From assembly GCF_009914755.1 (NCBI RefSeq), contig NC_060947.1: a stretch of 64,000 bases of DNA; one strand, 5' to 3'. The position numbers and the translations under genes were made by a program. Shown here in pieces: positions 60,047 through 64,000 of the stretch (position 1 is the stretch's first letter; each line of letters begins with the position of its first letter). The stretch is from the human T2T-CHM13v2.0 reference genome, Homo sapiens. A model generated the notes under the pieces. That model saw only the letters and a list, made by a program, of their open reading frames with translations. It was not told where the DNA came from and did not search any database.

Positions 60047-61528
60047 TTCTGAGGCTTTGATTTTGGGGTACTGCTTTCTGAGCCTTAGACCTAGAATCAG
60101 TATTCAGGTCATGGGGGAAGTTCATATGAGAATCTCTATTTTTTAACTATCAAACTGTGACTCCCACATGGGCCACTTGGAGATGCTCTCACTGATAGGC
60201 CTGTCATACACCTTTGGTGGGTAGGGACAGGAAAAGAGATTGGGTAGCATAAGATAAAGTCCTCCCCACCCCACCCATTTCAATAATGGGGTACACATTT
60301 ATCATATGCCAATCTGAGACCCTTCCTGAACTTCACAATTCATATAGTGTTAGAGAGTGGTCTATACCTTTCTCTATGACCTCCAGCCCACACGAGGTTC
60401 AGTGACCCTAATGCCACGGAGGCCAGGATGCTGTGATTGAGATGATAGCAGGGGTAAGGAGGGTCTTTTCTCTGCTCATGGAGCACTGGAAGGAAGTATC
60501 TTTTTGGGTGCTGGACAGTGGGGAGGTCAAGGCTGTGGGCAGAGGAACACTGGAGCCAATGTTGGGAATAATTCTCATGCAAGCAAAGACGTGGTGTTTG
60601 GCTGGCCACAACCCCAGACCTTGAGACTCCAGTTCCACATGGGTCCAGGATATTGTTTCCATGTACAATATCCATCTGCGAGAATCCAGCACTTTCCACC
60701 ACCTGCCGTGGTATGGCTGTGGTCCCATGCACCATCACCTTGGGCTTCAACTTCTGCAATGACCCCCTAATTGATAACCTGGCTCTTGAGTTGACCTTAC
60801 AGCAAACATTCTTTTTGAAGAAAAGTCATAGGGCTTCACCCCACTGCCCGAAACCCTCCACTATTAGCTGCCACTGCACACAGAGTTGAAGCCTAAGGCA
60901 TTGCACTTACACATTTTCATGTTATATTATTGCATACATGTTATTAGTTTCTGAGTAGCCAGGAGAGCATTTTTTCTGAAATTAAACATATCGAATGCAC
61001 CACATTCTTTAGGTCCCCTCAAAGGCCCTTCTATTCACTCTATTTTGGGAAGGGTGAGGGAACCAGTGAATAAACAAAGGTCCTTGCTTTAAAGGCTGTT
61101 ATGACCATAAAGTCTGTGTATTTCACAGCCCATGAGAGCAGCATCCTGAGATATTATTTATTGTCAAACTTCTCTTCTCAGGCCACACATCCCACTGCAA
61201 TGGGGAATGGGACTGAGCAAATTGCAAGTTCTTGGTTCTATGTTCCAGTTGCAATCTTGCTTTCAGTTTTCCTGCTGTTAAAACAGCCTTTGCTGGTAGG
61301 ACTGTGGGAAGTGAGAATAGATTTCATTTTACCTGCTGTGCATCAGCAGAAAAAACAAGTCTTTCTTTTCTCCTGGCAGCTGAGATTTCTCAGAGTTCTT
61401 CCTAGAATTGGATGTTATATATGATCTACTTTACTCATGCCCACCTGCATACACACCAAAGCCTGATGAGCGGTGCAAACCCACCCAATGTTTTCCCAAA
61501 ACAGAAGTAACATGAGCACATGTGGAAC

Positions 61529-62075
61529 TGTCAGAGGTGTTTGAACCAGAGCAACTGCATCTTGAATAGGAGCAGGGTAAAATGAGGCTGAGACCTACTG
61601 GGCTGCATTCTCAGATGGTTAAGGCATTCTATGTCACAGGATGAGATAGGAGGTTGGCACAAGATACAGGTCATAAAGACCTTGCTGATAAAACAGGTTG
61701 CAGTAAAGAAGCTGGCTAAAACCCACCAAAACCAAGATGGCCACAAGAGTGACCTCTGGTGGTCCTCATTGGTACACTCCCACCAGCGCCATGACAGTTT
61801 ACAAATGCCAAGGCAACGTCAGAAAGTTACCCTATATGGTCTAGAAAGGGGAGGCATGAATAATCCACCCCTTGTTTATCATATTGCCAAGAAATAACCA
61901 TAAAATGGGCAAGCAGCAGCCCTTGGGGCTGCTCTGTCTATGGAGTAGCCATTCTTTTATTCCTTTACTTTCTTAATAAACTTGCTTTCACTTTATGGAC
62001 TCGACCTGAATTCTTTCTTGGCGAGATCCAAGAACCCTCTCTTGGGGTCTGGATCTGGACCCCTTTCCAGTAAAA
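61529..62075 (+). mobile_element. Solo LTR MER41A
   Basis: Collinear with 29542-30099; TSD GAAC (61525-61528, 62076-62079). Confidence 0.88.
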
Positions 62076-62507
62076 GAACTATTCATTTTATCTTTTGGTC
62101 ATCACCAAGCAAACACAACTATAAATAAGGAAAATAATATATGATTGTAATTTTACTCATAATCCCAAATGTCTTTCATGACCAGCACACCTTTGGTGTA
62201 TTGGGTCTAAATCAAAGAAAAATTTGAGGAGTTGAATGAATGAGGTTTTGATATCTTAATGCACTTTGGAGAAAACCAACGGTTGCAAAAAGCTAAAGAA
62301 AACGAAAATTCATTGTTTACAGATCAGGCCATGTGTTTTTCATTTCTGCAATGGCGATGTGGTTGATTCCCATGGAACACAATGAGAGTGTGGTCTTCTC
62401 CTTTGAGATTGTATTTATTGATAAATGCAAAAATGCTAATGAATGCTAACTTGCTGGTTCTCCATGGCCTTCCTTCCTCCCTCCCTTTCCAAGAAGGGTG
62501 TTGTATC

Positions 62508-63045
62508 TGTCAGAGGCATTTGAACCAGAGTGGCTCCATCTTGAGTGAGGGCTAGGAAAATGAGGCTTGAACTTGCTGGTCGGCATTCCCAGAAAGTTAG
62601 GTGTTCCTAGCCTCTAGATGTTTACAGTTAAGGGAATAGATTGATAACGTTCACTAAACAGACCCAGAATTGGGAGTGTCCTGATATCCCGATATCTTGA
62701 GAACAGAAGCATTCCTAATTTTGCTTTAAGATAATAATGTTGATTCTTGAAAAATATAGTAATTAAGAAAATTAATCCTTTATCACAAACCCTTGTAGCA
62801 GAGCACATCTCCCCATGACCTTTTTTAATTCTCTATATAAACAAGCACTGTACCTAGGGGTGGGTGTGTTCCTTCTCTTACTTTCTGGAATGCCCTACTC
62901 TGTCTATGGAGTCGCTGTACTTTCACCACTTTACTCTTTTAATAAACTTGCTTTCACTTTGCACTGTGGACTTACCCTGAATTTTCTTGCCCAAGACCTA
63001 AGAACCCTCTCTTGGGGTCTGGATCGGGACCCCTTTCCTGTAACA
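62508..63045 (+). mobile_element. Solo LTR MER41C/D-like
   Basis: TGTCAGAGGCATTTGAACCAGAG..CTTGAGTGAGGGCTAGG...CCTGTAACA; TSD TATC (62504-62507, 63046-63049). Confidence 0.82.
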
Positions 63046-63089
63046 TATCCACCTGGTCAATTTAGAAGGCAGCTGTTATGTTTATCAGG

Positions 63090-63660
63090 ATGAAGAAAAT
63101 AAAACTCTTTTACTTCAAAATGTATTTCTATGATACAGTTTGAGACGGCTGTTCAGAAAGCCAGCAAACAGGAGGAGCCCTGCAAAGCTGTCTTGTATGG
63201 GGCGATTTGCGTCTGCAGATAAATTCTGCATGGAGGCAGCCAGGCTTTCTCGGAGACCATCCTCCCTCGTCTTACTGTAGGAAAGATGGACAGAGAGTCT
63301 GACATCTTTAAAGGTCTGAAAGAAACATTTGCCATCTATTCTCTCTGACGCCTGCTACCCAGGAGGTTTCATCTATATGACAAGACCACCTCTGCTAGCT
63401 TGGCCTCTTCTTCTCTTCCTCCCATAGCCTGTGTTGTCACAATGCAAGCCTCCATTCTTCAACCTCAAGATGGTGTGAAAGCTTCTGCACTCCATCCGGG
63501 GCATGGGGTTGGGTAATCACCCTATTAGTCACCCTACGATGCTCCCTGTGTGCAGGATAGTATATTTGTTTGATTTTTCTCCAACTAATTTTGCCTTTCA
63601 TGAGTTGATTTTCCAGCAAAACTTCAGAGCAAAAATGAATGTTTTCCCTTGGCCTCTGCA
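63090..63660 (+). mobile_element. Solo ERV1 LTR of the MER34 group
   Basis: AAAGGTCTGAAAGAAACATTTGCCATCTATTCTCTCTG...TTTTCCCTTGGCCTCTGCA; 3' end related to MER39/MER34. Confidence 0.65.
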
Positions 63661-64000
63661 AGGATAATGAATTCAGATGTAACATGAAAAATTTAGGAAA
63701 GATTGGGAGAATTTTTTTTTAAAGATCCAGGAATTTATCTTAGGGGAAAAAAAAGGAATAGTATTGGAAGGAGGATGCAGGAAGAATGAGAGAGAGAGAG
63801 AGAAAGGGAGATTGGGGAAAGTGAGGTGGAAGGAGGGTTTGTGGACGTCTGACATGCTGGAGAGATAGTGGGAATATGAGCTTAAGAGGTTCTAGTGTGT
63901 GCCTATTCGAGACACTGGTGAAACAATGGAATTATTTTTTAGAGCTTCTCTGGATATAGAAGATGGTTTCCATTTGAATGGGATGCCACCATGTTGAGCC

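Larger units (their letters stand above)
58858..60089 (-). mobile_element. Solo ERV1 LTR, MER39-type, carrying three secondary insertions
   Basis: Collinear reverse complement of the 11334-11959 LTR. Confidence 0.85.

Overview
Human genomic DNA (an AluYb8 with its diagnostic 7-bp duplication is present at 36.0-36.3 kb). The window is gene-poor, intergenic or intronic, and dominated by transposable elements. It holds about 20 Alus, one 5.5-kb L1PA7-like LINE with an intact 5' end but no 3' end, older L1M/L2/L3/MIR relics, several DNA-transposon MITEs, a full two-LTR MST (MaLR) element and a high density of ERV1/ERVL solo LTRs, many with intact target-site duplications (TSDs). The only recognisable cellular coding sequence is a processed RPS27A (ubiquitin-eS31) retrocopy at 33083-33547, whose frame is still open for 154 codons. 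The best non-routine signals are: two ancient locally templated insertions involving MER39-type LTRs (13.6-14.1 kb and 59.2 kb); an L1 that looks internally primed; a four-level TE nest; an approximately 70-bp duplication flanking an AluJ; and clusters of strong splice sites suggesting unannotated spliced exons (minus strand 21.0-22.4 kb, plus strand 10.7-11.3 kb). I see no convincing new multi-gene system. Repeat subfamily names are from recalled consensus sequences and need RepeatMasker/Dfam confirmation.
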